Shown here: piece after piece, positions 39,621 through 55,369 of the stretch
Layout of the letters: the number at the start of each line of letters is the position of its first letter
How positions within the stretch are numbered: position 1 is the first letter of the stretch
Source of the DNA: Octopus vulgaris
Lineage: Eukaryota
Direction: 5' to 3'
Length of the DNA: 64,000 nt
Assembly: GCA_951406725.2 (NCBI GenBank)
Contig: OX597830.1
Span: forward strand, 77,376,001-77,440,000
Made by a program: the position numbers and the translations under genes
The notes under the pieces: model-generated
What the model was told of the DNA's origin: nothing
The model's database searches: none
The model's input: the letters and a program-made list of their open reading frames with translations, nothing else

Positions 39621-39730
39621 ATCCTTTCTACTACAGGTAGAAGGACTGAAATTTGGGGAAAGGGGGACAGTTGATTACATTCACTCTAGTCGGCGGAATT
39701 TGAACTGAGAACGGAAGGACGGATGAAGTC

Positions 39731-40144
39731 CTTATTTCTTTACTACCCATAAGGGGCTAAACACAGAGAGGACAAACAAAGACAGACGGATTATGTCGAT
39801 TATATCGACCCCAGTGCGTAACTGGTACTTATTTAATCGACCCCGAAAGGATGAAAGGCAAAGTCGACCTCGGCGGAATTTGAACTCAGAACGTAGCGGC
39901 AGGCGAAATACCTATTTCTTTATTACCCACAAGGGACTAAACACAGAGGGAACAAACAAGGACAGACATAGGTATTAAGTCGATTACATCGACTCCAGTT
40001 CGTAACTGGTACTTAATTTATCGACCCCGAAAGGATGAAAGGCAAAGTCGACCTCGGCGGAATTTGAACTCACAACGTAACGCAGGCGAAATACCGCTAA
40101 GCATTTCGCCCGACGTGCTAACGTTTCTGCCAGCTCGCCGCCTT
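39731..40144 (-). mobile_element. Tandem SINE type D array
   Basis: Full copy 39912-40144 plus headless repeat 39731-39911; further fragment 39620-39725. Confidence 0.85.
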
Positions 40145-40171
40145 ATAACGACAACAACAACAACAGCAACA

Positions 40172-40264
<93 letters not shown>

Positions 40265-40296
40265 GAAGTATTTCATCTAAGGAATTTGGAATACTG

Positions 40297-40576
40297 TTGA
40301 CATATAAGGACCTTGAGATTGAGATTTCTAGGAGGTGGCAATTAAAAACCAAAACCATCCCTGTTGTTGTAGGATTCCTGAGAATGATTAAGAAAGGTAG
40401 TGACAAATGTTTTCACCAGTTCCCTGGCAATCCAACAATCTATGAGACTCAAAAGACTATGATAACATCAACCAACCACATTCTCAGGAATTTTCCATCT
40501 GTGTGATATATACGTGCCGTAAGTCTCTGGTTGAGACCTGGTCGGAAGATGAAAATAAAATGCATAGCAATCAGAA
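40297..40576 (+). mobile_element. R4/Dong-like non-LTR retrotransposon 3' end
   Basis: YKDLEIEISRRWQLKTKTIPVVVG..MIKK..FPGNP..QK...NHILR; (TAA)n on both sides. Confidence 0.75.
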
Positions 40577-40905
40577 AATAATAATGATAATAATAATAAT
40601 AATAATAATAATTATGGTTTCAAAGTTTAACACGAGGCCAGGAATTTTGTGGGAGGGGTGTTAGTCGATTACGTTGACTCCAGGGTTCAGCTGGTACTTA
40701 ATCTATCGACCTCCGAAAGGATGAAAGTCAAAGTCGACCTCGGCGGAATTTGAACACAGAAAGTGCCGACAGACGAAATACTGCTGAGCATTTTGTCCGG
40801 CATTCTAACGATAACAACAACAACTTCAACAACTACTACTAGTACAATAATAATAATGATATTTGGAGTCAATTTGTACAAATACGAAGCTAAAATCAAA
40901 CATAC

Positions 40906-41026
40906 AAGAAGAAGAAGAAGAAGAAGAAGAAGAAGAAGAAGAAGAAGAAGAAGAAGAAGAAGAAGAAGAAGAAGAAGAAGAAGAAGAAGAAGAAGAAGAA
41001 GAAGAAGAAGAAGAAGAAGAAGAAGA
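40906..41026. repeat. Pure (GAA)n tract, about 40 units
   Basis: Direct inspection. Confidence 0.95.
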
Positions 41027-42117
41027 ATGGTTTCTAATTTAGTGGATACCACCACCCCACTACTTGACTGGTACACTATTTTGTCGACACCAGAGAAATG
41101 TAAGACAGATTTGTCTTTAGCTGGAATAGAACGTAAATTTCCAGATCAAATACTGAAAGGCATTTTAAGGGCGATGCTAATCCTTCCCAATACCATTAGT
41201 TTCGTTATTCATCAAACTTCATCGGGGCTCATGAGACTAAGCTAACGATACATCTTTTACCGAAACGCGGAAGTCAAAACCTATAAGTCCTTCGTCTGTC
41301 TTGATCTGTTTCATTTAAAGCTGGGAAGTAGCAAGTAGTAGTGAAGGTGATGTATAGCAAATCTTGAGGCCCAAGGCTCAAAAAGCCGCTCACTGATGTA
41401 AATTCTGTGTTCATTTGTATAAGCAATGGATGCTGTTGCGATGTTTGTTGCACACACATACATACACACACGTACACACACATACACACGCACACATATA
41501 CACACACATACGTTTATGTATAGATTGTTTCGTGTTTATGTATCAATACATGTATATATATATATAAACATGGATATATCGCTAGATGAATACATACATA
41601 TACATTTATATATGTATGAACATGTCAGTGTGTGTATAAATACATATATCTTCATATATGTATGCATATCTGTAAATGAATATAAGGAATATATATATAT
41701 ACACACACACTCATACATATATAAACATATATTTGTATGTATGTATGTATATATATATATTTATGTATGTAAGTTTGTATATATGTATGTATATGTATAA
41801 GCATATGCGCATTCATATGTACTTACACAAGTATGCATATATATGCATATTTCTCTGCACCTATACAATAAAAACTTGCCTTGGTTTGCTAATGAATGCT
41901 TCAAGAAGAAGCAGGCGCTTAATGATACCATATGATATCATGCTTGGTGATACGATACGATGCGCTTGTGTATATATAGTAATTATATTTTTCCCTCTCT
42001 CTCTCTCTCTCCTTATACATATACACATAAACGTATCCATGCATATAAGCACGAACGCATATATCTATGCGTATATATGTATGTGTATGTGCGTGTGTGC
42101 CTGTGTGTGAGTGTGTG

Positions 42118-42202
<85 letters not shown>

Positions 42203-42812
42203 GTATGCGTATATGTATACGGTAATTATATATTTCAGCGTTGACGATACACAGAACAGTTTGTCTTATATTGCTTTTAAATGAGGATAAGTTGAAGAAA
42301 ACCTCCATCTTTCAAACTTTCTCCCGCTCACTTTCACTCCGCTTGGCTTTAATTCTCACCCTCGCTCCCATCTGCACATTCTTACGATTTACGCTGACAC
42401 GTCATTACAAGCATACACGTACATATGCATGTGTGTATATGTATGTGTGTATGTGTGTGTGTGTGTTAATATGCAAATGTTTATGCTTGTATGCATGCGT
42501 ATACATATTTACATAGTTCAACTGTTATAGATGAAAACCAGAGAATATCTATTCACATCCACATGAATGACACTGTATTGCACATAATTTAAAGGTGTAT
42601 ATGTATGTGTTGTATATATATATATACATATATGCATATGCATGTTAATATTCATACATACACGCACACGCACACATATGTAAATAAACAATATATATAC
42701 ATATGTATACATATATGTATATATATATATATATATATATACGTACATATATACAAGAATACATATATATATATATATATGCAGACATATATACATATAT
42801 ATATATACATAT

Positions 42813-42866
<54 letters not shown>

Positions 42867-43698
42867 TGATAAGCATTCACGCATATACAGAAATGTGCAA
42901 TCATACACTCGATGGAAGTACGCTTACCAACACATATACATACATTCTTCATTTGAATACATATACTCATAGGTGTGTGTGTGTGTGTGTGTGTGTCTGT
43001 CTGTCTATCTGTGTTTGTGTACAGATATACGAGTGCATGCATAAACACAACTTCATACACACATAAAAGACACGTGGAAAGGTTGCTGTGATGTATGAGA
43101 CGAACCACCAGCAGTGAGGTTCAATTTCGATATTACCACTATCAAATTGCCACAAGGGACATAACTCAATGAAATTACGATATTTGAATGCTCATTAATA
43201 AAAGCTACCCCCATGATGCGCCCTAATACCCCCGCCCGTCCACATTGCTTTCTAAGCTAAACGCTTTAATTTCATTTAGCAAACAACAAACATTATTTAT
43301 TTCATTCAACTCCTGCTTTATATAAATATCTATGAACATATCTGTATTTAAACAGTCGCAAATACACACACGTGCACACACACACACACACATAAATATG
43401 CGCGCGCACACACATATGCATACAAATACTCATACACTCAGGCGCACACAGGCACGGAAAGATGGGCGGGGCACATTTACACACCAGCAGATGCACACAC
43501 ACTGAAGCCGAAGCGCAGGCATGCACGCCTACAAACACATGCACTTACGTGTATGTATGTATGAATGTATATATGTATGTACGTATGCATGTATGTTTGT
43601 ATGTATGTTTTTATTCATGTGTGTATGTATATATATATATATATATACATACATACATACGTTCATGTTATGTATTTGTATATAGACGCATACATATG

Positions 43699-43748
<50 letters not shown>

Positions 43749-43755
43749 TATATAC

Positions 43756-43819
<64 letters not shown>

Positions 43820-44269
43820 ATATATATGTGTATGTATAAATACATATATATATATACACGCATACGCAGTTATATATGTTTACATATATGCATATTTTGT
43901 GTAAATATATTGGTTTACATTGATTCTGTTATTTTATAGAGAATGTTTACAATTCATTTTGTGTGTGTGTGTGTATATATATATATATGTATATGAAAAA
44001 TTTTGTTTACTTTTGTATATATTGTTTTTTTCACTTCAATTTTATTCTGATGACACACAGACAGTTTGTCACAGGCAGACGCTCGTACAGACACACGCAC
44101 ACAAGTACACACGCAAGCATGCACGCACGTACACACACACACGCGCGTGCGCGCACGCGCTGAATGATAAACCTTCCAAAGTGTTAACTGTGAAGAACAC
44201 AATGCTGAGGATATTGCAGGCGATAATGAAAGAGAGAAAGAGAAATAGTGAGATAATACGTGTCTGATA

Positions 44270-45126
44270 GAGAGAGAGAGAAAGAGAGATAGAGAGAGAG
44301 AGAGGGGGGGCAGAGACAGAGACAGAAAGAGAGACAGACAGATATACAGACAGATTGAGGGAAAGAAAAAGAATATACAGTAGAAACATTAAATGTAAAG
44401 CGGGAAAGAGAGGAAGAGAGAATGTTAGGGAGAAATATGTAGAGGAAAATCGAAAACCGAGAGAGAGAGAGGGGTGGAGAGAGAGAGGGAGGTGGAGAGA
44501 GAGAGGGAGTGAGAGGTTATGAGAAAGTGGAGCGTGAAAGGGAAACAGGATGAAAAGAAACAAATAAAAGAAAGAGAGAGAGAGAGAGAACGGAGTAATG
44601 TCATATAAAAAACCGAGAGCGAATGAGAGATAGATTAAGGCAAAAACATAGTAAACAGAGGGAGAGGGAGAGAGAGAGAGGAGGAAGGAGAGAGAAAATT
44701 GATGAGAGGAGTGCTGGGAGATGAAATTTCGTAGAGATCGAGTATGGGCCTGGAATAGTGAGAGAGAGAGAGAGAGGGGGGGAAAGAGACGTAGGAGCGG
44801 GAGAGAGAAAATGGAAGATCACATTAGGCTAAGAGGAAAGAGTCAGTCTGAGAAGAAGAAGAAGAAGAAGAAGAAGAAGAAGAAGAAGAAGAAGAAGAAG
44901 AAGAAGAAGAAGAAGAAGGGGAAGAAGAAGAAGAAGAAGAAGAGGAAAAAGAAGAAGAAGAAGGGGAAAAAAAGAAGAAAAGGAATAATAATAATAACAA
45001 GAAGAAGAAAAAAGAAGAAGAAGAGAAGAAGAAGAAGAAGGGGAAAAAGAAGAAGAAGAAGAAGAAGGGGAAAAGAAGAAGAAGAAGAAGAAGAAGAAGA
45101 AGAAGAACGGGAAAAAGAAGAAGAAA

Positions 45127-45167
<41 letters not shown>

Positions 45168-45210
45168 TAAGAAGAAGAAGAAAAAGAAGAAGAAGAAGAA
45201 GAAGACGAAA

Positions 45211-45243
<33 letters not shown>

Positions 45244-45340
45244 GATAAGAAGAAGAAGAAGAAGAAGAAGGAGAAGAAAAAGAAGAAAAGAAGATAAAGG
45301 TTACTGAGTAAGAGAGATAAATAGAAAGAAAGAGAGTAAT
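44270..45340. repeat. Polypurine (GA/GAA) low-complexity region
   Basis: Direct inspection. Confidence 0.9.
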
Positions 45341-45417
45341 ACATATGAGGAGATTGAATATATTATAAAAGCTAACGTTTTACTACAATGAAATATAGCA
45401 AAACCTTAGCATTAATA

Positions 45418-45463
<46 letters not shown>

Positions 45464-45509
45464 TTATATAGAAATATATATATATACATATACATACATA
45501 TATAAGATA

Positions 45510-46164
45510 CAAAATGGGACAAGAACGCAAAACATCCGGACAGTTTGGTGATACAAAAAAGGGACAACAAAACAGATAGACGATACAAAGTAAACAAGGA
45601 CGGTTCATTCGAAGTTTTCTTTCTTCTGTCAAATACGAGATTATCTTCGTAATTTCGTTCTCTCTCTTCTCTTCCCACGAAACCGGCGTTCGGTCAAGCC
45701 TGTTCTTTCTTTCTTGGTCTGGCCGTTGTCCGTGCATCATCGATATTCCTCGCTGTGTTCGTGAAATGTTGTATCCCTGCCGTAAGGCTTCATTTCTACA
45801 CACGCCAGTTTAATATAATTCGTCCTTAGTCGAAAGACACCTGTTGTTATGTCCTGTTGTTATTTTCTTTATTGTATTTGTGTACCATTGTCCGTTTTTA
45901 CCGTCCTTGTTTTTGTATACATTCGCTGCTTTCTTCCAAGGAATCTAATGCTCTTAATTTAGTTTTTTCCTTGGGGGCTGGTCAGATTGGAGCAATCTCA
46001 TGTATAATCAGCCGAAATTGCGGAGATAATCTGGTACTTGACTGAGGAAAGAAAACTTTGAATGACCTGTCCTTGTTTTCTTTGTATCGTCTATCTGGAT
46101 GTTTTGTTATCCCATTTTTGTATCATCTAACTGTCCGGATGTTTTGCGTTCTTGTCCCATTTTG
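45510..46164 (+). mobile_element. Non-coding element with ~150-bp imperfect inverted ends (PLE pLTR-derived?)
   Basis: 45510-45657 is the reverse complement of 46013-46164; flanked by (TA)n. Confidence 0.7.
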
Positions 46165-46247
46165 CATTTTTAAATTTATATATATATAGCTGCGTACGTA
46201 CACTTTCGTCTCTCCCTCTCTCTCTCTCTTCCCCCCTCTCTCCCTCT

Positions 46248-46303
<56 letters not shown>

Positions 46304-46407
46304 AAATTTGGGCTTGAGAAATCGATAGACTGCAGATAATATTAGTTAAAATCGAAATACGTACAGGCATTTAGAATTTTATTATAATCATTCTTCTTAT
46401 TATTGTG

Positions 46408-46625
46408 AAGGTAGCGAGCTGGCAGAATCTTTAGCACGCCGGGCAAAATGAATAGCCGCATTTCGTCTGTCTTCACGTCTGAGTTCAAATTCCGCCGACG
46501 TCGACTTTGTCTTTCATCCTTGCGAGATCTTGAAATAAGTACCAGTTACGAACTGAGGTCGGTTACGTTGACTAGGCCCCTCCTCCGCCAAAAAAATTCA
46601 AGGCCTTGTGCCTCTATTAAAAAGG
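46408..46625 (+). mobile_element. SINE type D variant
   Basis: Head and Deu-like domain as at 32654, different tail. Confidence 0.7.
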
Positions 46626-46717
46626 ATTATTCTTATTACTGTGAAATAAGATTTATTAAATGCAGTTCCACATCTGTCCAGACATCTTCTCCACCCACTA
46701 CTCCTCAGAGGAATCTT

Positions 46718-46950
46718 ATTTCTTTACTACCCAAAAGGGGCTAAACATAGAGGAGACAAACAAGGACAGACAAAGGGATTAAGTCGATTATATCGATCCC
46801 AGTGCGTAACTGGTACTTATTTAATCGACCCCGAATGGATGACAGGCAAAGTCGACCTCGGCGGAATTTGAACTCAGAACGTAACTGCAGACGAAATACG
46901 GCTACGCATTTCGGCCGGCGTGCTAACGTTTCTGCCAGCTCACCGCCTTC
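46718..46950 (-). mobile_element. SINE type D with TSD
   Basis: Reverse complement of 32654; AGAGGAATCTT duplicated at 46707-46717 and 46954-46964. Confidence 0.9.
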
Positions 46951-47264
46951 CTAAGAGGAATCTTGTGGATAGAATCTTCAGGCATATGCTCAATAGGATT
47001 TCCAAACGTGACCAACAGACAAGAAGAATTATGCAACCATCTTAGTCTTAGTCTATTCTGACGTTTCTCACCAACTGGCATGACGTGAAGAATATGTCTT
47101 GCGATTACACTGGTGGACAAAATTCGAACTTTTTGTTGTCCCATGAACTAAAGGAAGTGAACGTTATAGTACTTTTAACGCTGATTTCGAACCTGTTTTT
47201 AGAATCTTTCTATCAGGCATGGTTTTATATGTGACAAAGTAATTATACTATACAGTAAATGTAC

Positions 47265-47395
47265 TACAGTAAACCCTCGACTATCGCAGGTGTTACGTTC
47301 CAAAACTTCCCAATAAGATAATTAAGATTTTTAAAAATATAAATACCAATCGACCGTAGAAACCCCGCAATATACTGAGGGTTCCGCGATATAAA
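47265..47395 (+). mobile_element. Possible pogo/Tigger-type MITE end
   Basis: TA-CAGTAAACCCTCGACTATCGC resembles Tigger-type TIRs; partner TIR not found. Confidence 0.35.
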
Positions 47396-47990
47396 TTTAC
47401 ATATATACATATATTACATATATATTTACATATATTTAGCCAGAAAAAAAGAAGATTCTAGCCATTTAACCTGGGACCAAGAAGTTCAGCTTGCTTTCTC
47501 TGCAACTTTAAATCCCACACAAGATCATTCAGATCTCAATGACTCAACAAAAGTGTTTACTTGAAGAACAGTTAGGTACAAATTCCATGTTTTCTGTTTC
47601 TTTCTGCACATCTTCATCACTTGGCTTGACGTCACTAAGTGTCAGCTATTTTGGATGATCAGGTACAGGTAAGTGTTAACTGTGAAGTGCTGGTCTCATA
47701 GCAGATTTTAAATTAGGATATTTTACAGTTTGCGTGGATTTTGATGTTATACCGTGTATATTCGTTATGCAGAAGTAGCAATCTGAAGCGTGATCTTTGG
47801 ACACTCCCCAAATCATAGGGATGGCGAAAAGGCATATGGTGTGGTCCTTTGGCCCATAGAGTGAGGAACCTGATACAGGTTACTCAACATACACGAGAGG
47901 CCCAACTTTTATCCTGGTCACCCACTTTGCAGTCACTTTTTAATCAATGTCATGAAACGCCGTCTTTGTGACCTGAATCTTAAGTCACCG

Positions 47991-48314
47991 TGAGGGCGCG
48001 TGGCTTAGTGGTTAGGGCATTCGGCTCGTGATCGTAAGGTTGTGAGTTCGATTCCCGGCAACGCGTTGTGTCCTTGAGGAAAACACTTTATTTCACGTTG
48101 CTCCAGTTCACTCAGCTGGCAAAAATGAGTTGTACCTGTATTTCAAAGGGCCAGCCTTGTCACACTCTGTGTCACGCTGAATCTCCTTGCGAACTACGTT
48201 AAGGGTACACGTGTCTGTGGAATGCTCAGCCATTTGCACGTTAATTTCACGAGCAAGTTGTTCCGTTGATCGTATCAGCTGGGACCCTCGTCATCGTAAC
48301 CGACGGAGTGCTCC
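47991..48314 (+). mobile_element. SINE type C with 13-bp TSD
   Basis: A box TGGCTTAGTGG, B box GAGTTCGATTCC; TCTTAAGTCACCG at 47978-47990 and 48315-48327. Confidence 0.92.
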
Positions 48315-48592
48315 TCTTAAGTCACCGCAAATATAGCAAAAGTTGTTTACGATGTTTATGCAGTTTCTAGGCATTATGAAGGTGAATGGAATATATGAAC
48401 TTAGTTCACAATTGCACTCCTACATTTCAAACCCAGTATTGACAAAGCACCGGTAACTCATCAACTCCGTATTGCCAAGCTTCTGTGACTCATTAACACA
48501 GATGGCTAGATTTATGACTTGGTAGATCGACTGCTTATTAGATTTTTTACATATATACACATATGTGTAAGCATGGAAGTATGTATGCATGT

Positions 48593-48850
<258 letters not shown>

Positions 48851-50248
48851 TCTGACATGCATGTTGTCAGCTGTAACCTCCGGTTTCAGAAGAAGAGCAA
48901 CAGGAATTTCTAAATATTCTGTGAACGGACAAAATCAAAATGAGAGAAATTATGTAACCTGAGAAGTGGACACAGACAGGACAAGGAGTCCTAAGAGTCA
49001 AGTTACACAGACATACTATTATAAAAACGCATTCACAAAAACAAAAGCGCATTGAAACATATATACATTTTTCATTTCTTTCTCTGAAACATGTATGGGT
49101 CTTCTCCACGCTTATTTTCAATTTACTCCAATAATGTATCGAATGCGTCTTCTCTTTCTCGTTAATTTTCAATTTACTCTCGGCCTGTCCCACAAACCGC
49201 CAATCCTATCCTTTCTCTCTCATTTACTCTCTGTCAGTATCTGTCTGTCTGTCTGTTTTTCTCTCTCCTCCTCCTCTCTCTCTCTCTCCTTTCTCTTTCC
49301 TCCTCTCTCTCCTCCCCTCTCTCCTCTCTCCTCCTCTCTTTCTCCACCTCTCTCCTCCTCTTTCCCCCTCCTCTCTCCTCCCTATCTCCTCTCTCCTCCC
49401 TATCTCCTCTCTCTCTCCTCCTCTCTCTCTCCACCTCTCTCCACCTCTCTCCTCCTCTTTCTCTCCTCATCTCTCCTCCCTCTCTCCTCTCTCTCTCCTC
49501 CCCTCTCTCCTCCTCTCTCTCTCCTCTTCTCTCCTTCCTCCTCTCTCTCCTCCTCCTCTCTGTCTCCTCTCTTTCTCCACCACTCTCCCTTCCTCTCTCT
49601 CTCTTCCTCTCTCTCCCTCTCTCTTCTCTCTTCTCTCTGGTCTTTTATCTACACGCATACATACCCGAGCCAGATTTGATGACTTGTGGATATATTCGAA
49701 ATTATTAAATTACATGAGGAACGTAGTAAGGAGCGGATACGTATATTTTAGAGTAAAATATATGAATTTTAATTTAATTTACTAGTAAATATTTGCAGCT
49801 ATTCCTTTCATTTCAATTTGGACGTGGCAGCGTGATTGAGAAGCTTGCTTCTGGAGCATGTGGTCTTGCGTACAGCCCCATTGCGCGGTACCTTGCACAA
49901 GTGTGTACAACTATTCGTGGGCCAACTAGAGACGAGCGAGCGAATTTCGTAAGCAGAAACTAGAAAGAAGTGCGTTCTTTCTCAACCACATGGTCCAGGA
50001 TTGAGTCCCATTGCGTGGCACCTTTGGCAAATGTTTCTACTATAACCTCGGGCCAACTAAAGCCTTGTGAGTGGATTTGGTAGACGGAAACTGAAATATG
50101 TACACTGTTGTGTACATATATATATATAAATACTCTTAAAATTAATAAAGTATTATTGCTTTTATTTAAAATAACACTAGTAATAAAATGGCCAGCAAGT
50201 TTACCTTGACAGGTAAAATATACAAATAGATTAGGGTACCGAAATACC

Positions 50249-50401
<153 letters not shown>

Positions 50402-50402
50402 G

Positions 50403-50440
<38 letters not shown>

Positions 50441-50686
50441 CAGACAGACAAGTAGATACACATCGATATATAAGAAGCAAATTAGCTTGTTCAAAAACCC
50501 CTGTAAGAGAATGAATGCAATTACTATACTGAGAAGTAGTGTTTACCATCACTTAAACATGGCTGTTCCATAGAAATCGACGTTACTGTTGTTTTTAACC
50601 CAAGGCAGACGACTCCTCCAGTTAGGTATTCGATGCAATCTGCACCTGATATATAATACAACCACGGGAAAGAACCCCTACCAACT

Positions 50687-50734
50687 TCCAGACCAGACGG
50701 TTTCGACCTCTTTGCAGTCTTCGTCCATGGTGGA
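50687..50734 (-). other. Degenerate hammerhead relic
   Basis: Minus strand: tcca cca-tggACGA-a gact gcaaaga ggtc-GAAAC c GTC-tgg tc tgga; core positions 3 and 4 altered. Confidence 0.55.
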
Positions 50735-52284
50735 TACTAAACCGCTAGACAGATAGCAGTAGTTCATTCTAGCTCGCAATATATTGAAAATAAGTGACAT
50801 ATTTAAAATGAAAGGTATGTTACAAGATAGGTACAAAACATACCTCCACTTACAGCGCTTCTACTTACTTCTTTTTCAACATTATATCGTTTATTTAAGA
50901 AATTAATGGAAGAAAAAAACTTAACTCCGTTCTATTTATTCGACTTCACAACGGCCTCAGCGAACTCATTTTGGAGTATACTAACGTTAAAAGAACGAAA
51001 ATATTACTTAAAAAACAATACTGACGTTGAAAATGAAATAAAATACGAGAGAAAATAAGTACAAACCATTTAATAAACCAGATATGAGGAAATGTCTTTT
51101 TGATGGTTGTTTCGCGTTACGTCATTTTTCGAGTTAAGATGCATATCTCGGAACCAATTACTGACGTATGTTGAGATATGAGTGTATTTCATACAATTAT
51201 CTCTCGGGGAAATAACGCGATTCACAAAACACTAATACAGAATCATTTGAACTCTTAATAGAACTTAATAAAAACAAGGTATTTTCTTCTGGTGTTATAC
51301 CTGTTTCCTAATCTCGATACCACAATACCATAATAGTAAGAATAATAGTAAGAACAACAAAATGAAGAAATGAAAGGTGAACACACACCAAGAGCAGAGA
51401 ATCAACACTTGTAATCAGATAAATATTTAAACAGAGACATATATCAAAATGGCGGATAGGAAACTAATATATATATATATATATATATATGTTAGAATAT
51501 ATATGTGTATATATATGTATATGCATGTGTGTGTGAGAGAGATAGCTCGCGTGTGTGTATATTAGAGGGATCGTGTATGTATATGAGAGAGACAGTGTGT
51601 GTGTGAGAGAGAGAAAGAGATCGTACGTGTATGTGTGTGTGTGTGTTTATGTTTGAAAATAACTTAACATGACGTATAGAAACGTAAACACATCATATCA
51701 AGGCAAACAATGAAATTCGTTGGAAAAAATGCATAAATAATTAAATAATTAATATTGTATGAAAATATGCTTGTAAAGAGAAGAAAAGAAATATAAACAA
51801 AAAGAAAAGAAAAGACAAGCATTGAGAAAATATACGTAAAAATAGATAAAAAGTGGAAAATATTTGCATGTGTGTGAGTCGTCATGTGTATGTATGTATG
51901 TATGTATGTATGTATGTATGTATGTATGTATGTATGTGTGTGTATGTTTATATATATATAGGTGTATATATATGTGTGTGTAGAGAGAAAGAGACGAGAG
52001 AGGGATAGATTGATAGATAGATAGATAGATATGAAAATTTAATAGATTACTGCAAAAAAAGATAATACAGTAAGTAGATTAATAATTGAATAAAAATGAA
52101 ATAAATTACTATTTAAAAAGGAAAAAACAAGAATGTATGTTTACACACAAACACACACACGCATGCAAATTTATAGGAACTTACATCCAATATATATATA
52201 TATATTCCAATATATATATATATATATATATACATATATGTATATGATAGATAGATAGATAGATAGATAGATAAATTTACATAC

Positions 52285-52324
<40 letters not shown>

Positions 52325-52343
52325 TACATATATACATATATAC

Positions 52344-52397
<54 letters not shown>

Positions 52398-52416
52398 GTA
52401 TATATGTATATATGTA

Positions 52417-52461
<45 letters not shown>

Positions 52462-52990
52462 GCGTAATAAAATAGAATCATTGGTAATATGAATAGGAAA
52501 ATTAATAAATAATATTAAGAAATCAATAAATAATAAAAAACATGAAAGAAACAAGAATTTCAATTTATGTTTAAAAATTTAAACAGAAAATACCTAAGAC
52601 AATATTTATGAATTTCAATAACTGAAAGAATGAGATGAAAGTATATTTAAATATATTTTTAGATGTATGCATACAGGTACGTTACATGACTGTATATAGG
52701 TTCGGATTAAACGTACGTATAAATGCAGATATAATTGTGTTTTAAAATGCAAATATAAATATATATATATATAAATAAATGTTTAAATGCATGTGTAAGG
52801 TACGGATGTTCAGACCTATGGAGAAATTTAGAAATGTAGAAATGTATCTATAAATGTATATATAATTGAATTTTTAAATGCATGTATGAATATATTTCTT
52901 TATATGAAAGGGTGTATAAATATATGTATAACTTTGAATAAATGTAAATGTATAAATTAATGTACATATGTGATAGTGTATATATATAAA

Positions 52991-53038
<48 letters not shown>

Positions 53039-53077
53039 CATATATATATATATATATACGTACATACATACATGCAT

Positions 53078-53232
<155 letters not shown>

Positions 53233-53541
53233 TAAAGTAAATTTATGAATGTGTGTGTAAATGTATATGTAAAATTCTGTTTAAACAGATGTATAAATCT
53301 ATGCATATGCGACTGTTAAAAAACATGTATACACCCTAGGATAAATGTTTATACATATAAATGTAAGGAGAAAACCATGAATGTATAAAATAATGTACAT
53401 TATAAATATATACACACACATACATATGTCTGTATTATGAATATTCACGTACATATGCATATATATGTATACATATATTGTGTGCGTGTGTATGTGTAAG
53501 AGAGAGAGAGAGAGTACATGTGTTTGTGTGTGTGTATGTGT

Positions 53542-53621
<80 letters not shown>

Positions 53622-53684
53622 TGAACAGAAACCGAATACATCTTGTCTCCCCAGTCTTCTCTACGATGTATTATAAGAAGCATC

Positions 53685-54069
53685 GTGGAGGCGCAATGGC
53701 CCAGTGGTTAGGGCAGCGGAATCACGGTCATGGGATCGCGGTTTCGATTCCCAGACCGGGCGTTGTGAGTGTTTATTGAGCGAAAACACCGAAAGCTCCA
53801 CCAGGTCCGGCAGGGGGTGGCGGCGAACCCTGCTGTACTTTTTCACCACAAACCTTCTCTCACTCTTTCTTCTTGTTTCTGTTGTACCTGTATTTCAAAG
53901 GGCCAGCTTTGTCGCACACTGTTTCACGCTGAATCTCCCCGAGATCTACGTAAGGGTTCACGTGTCTGCGGAGTGCTCAGCCACTTACACGTTAATTTCA
54001 TGAGCTGGGTGTTCCCTTTATCGGATCAACTGGGACCCTCGTTATCGTAACCGACGGAGTGCCACGACG
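53685..54069 (+). mobile_element. Hybrid SINE (type-B head + type-C tail) with 12-bp TSD
   Basis: ATAAGAAGCATC at 53673-53684 and 54070-54081 brackets the whole hybrid. Confidence 0.9.
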
Positions 54070-54356
54070 ATAAGAAGCATCAATGTTTCACGGTCAATAT
54101 GTCTGTTGCACAGTGAAGAATCTATCGAAGGCAAACATGATCCTTTTCATATCTACATGAAACTGTGTCTTTATATTTTCAAACATGGAGGTCAGCACTC
54201 CCACCCAGCGTTGGGTGGGAATGTTCGAAAATATAAAGACACAGATATTGTGCCGTATAGCCACCTTGAAAGGATGTTTCCTGGGGCTAAACAACAGTAA
54301 AATCGTCCATTCCAGGACAGCCACATTATGTTGACAAATAGACTTTACTGTATTTG

Positions 54357-54886
<530 letters not shown>

Positions 54887-55087
54887 TTATGTATACATAT
54901 ACATACACATACACACATATAAATATACATATATATTTCTTTTCACAACAAGCTATAATAGAAGACGCCCAAGGTACCACGCAGTGGGCCTCAACAAGCA
55001 ACCATGCGGTTGGGAAACACACTTCATACCTTGCTATACCTGCATCTATATACATATGTTTGTATGTGTGTGTGTGTATGTGCATCT

Positions 55088-55123
<36 letters not shown>

Positions 55124-55369
55124 CCACACATATATATAGATATGGACATGTGGATATGTATGTGCAGGCATACGAATATGTATCTGCATGGATATATGCA
55201 TACACATACATTTTATACATTCGTACATACATACATACATATATATATATATATGTATGTATGTATATATATATATATATATATGTGCGTGTGTGTGTGT
55301 ATGTATGTATGTATGTACGTATATGTATGTATCTATGTATGTATGTATGTATTATGCCCTAATCTAGAG

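Noticed and set aside
47991-48065. tRNA-like sequences at SINE heads
   Set aside because: Acceptor stems incomplete, followed by SINE bodies and TSDs; not tRNA genes
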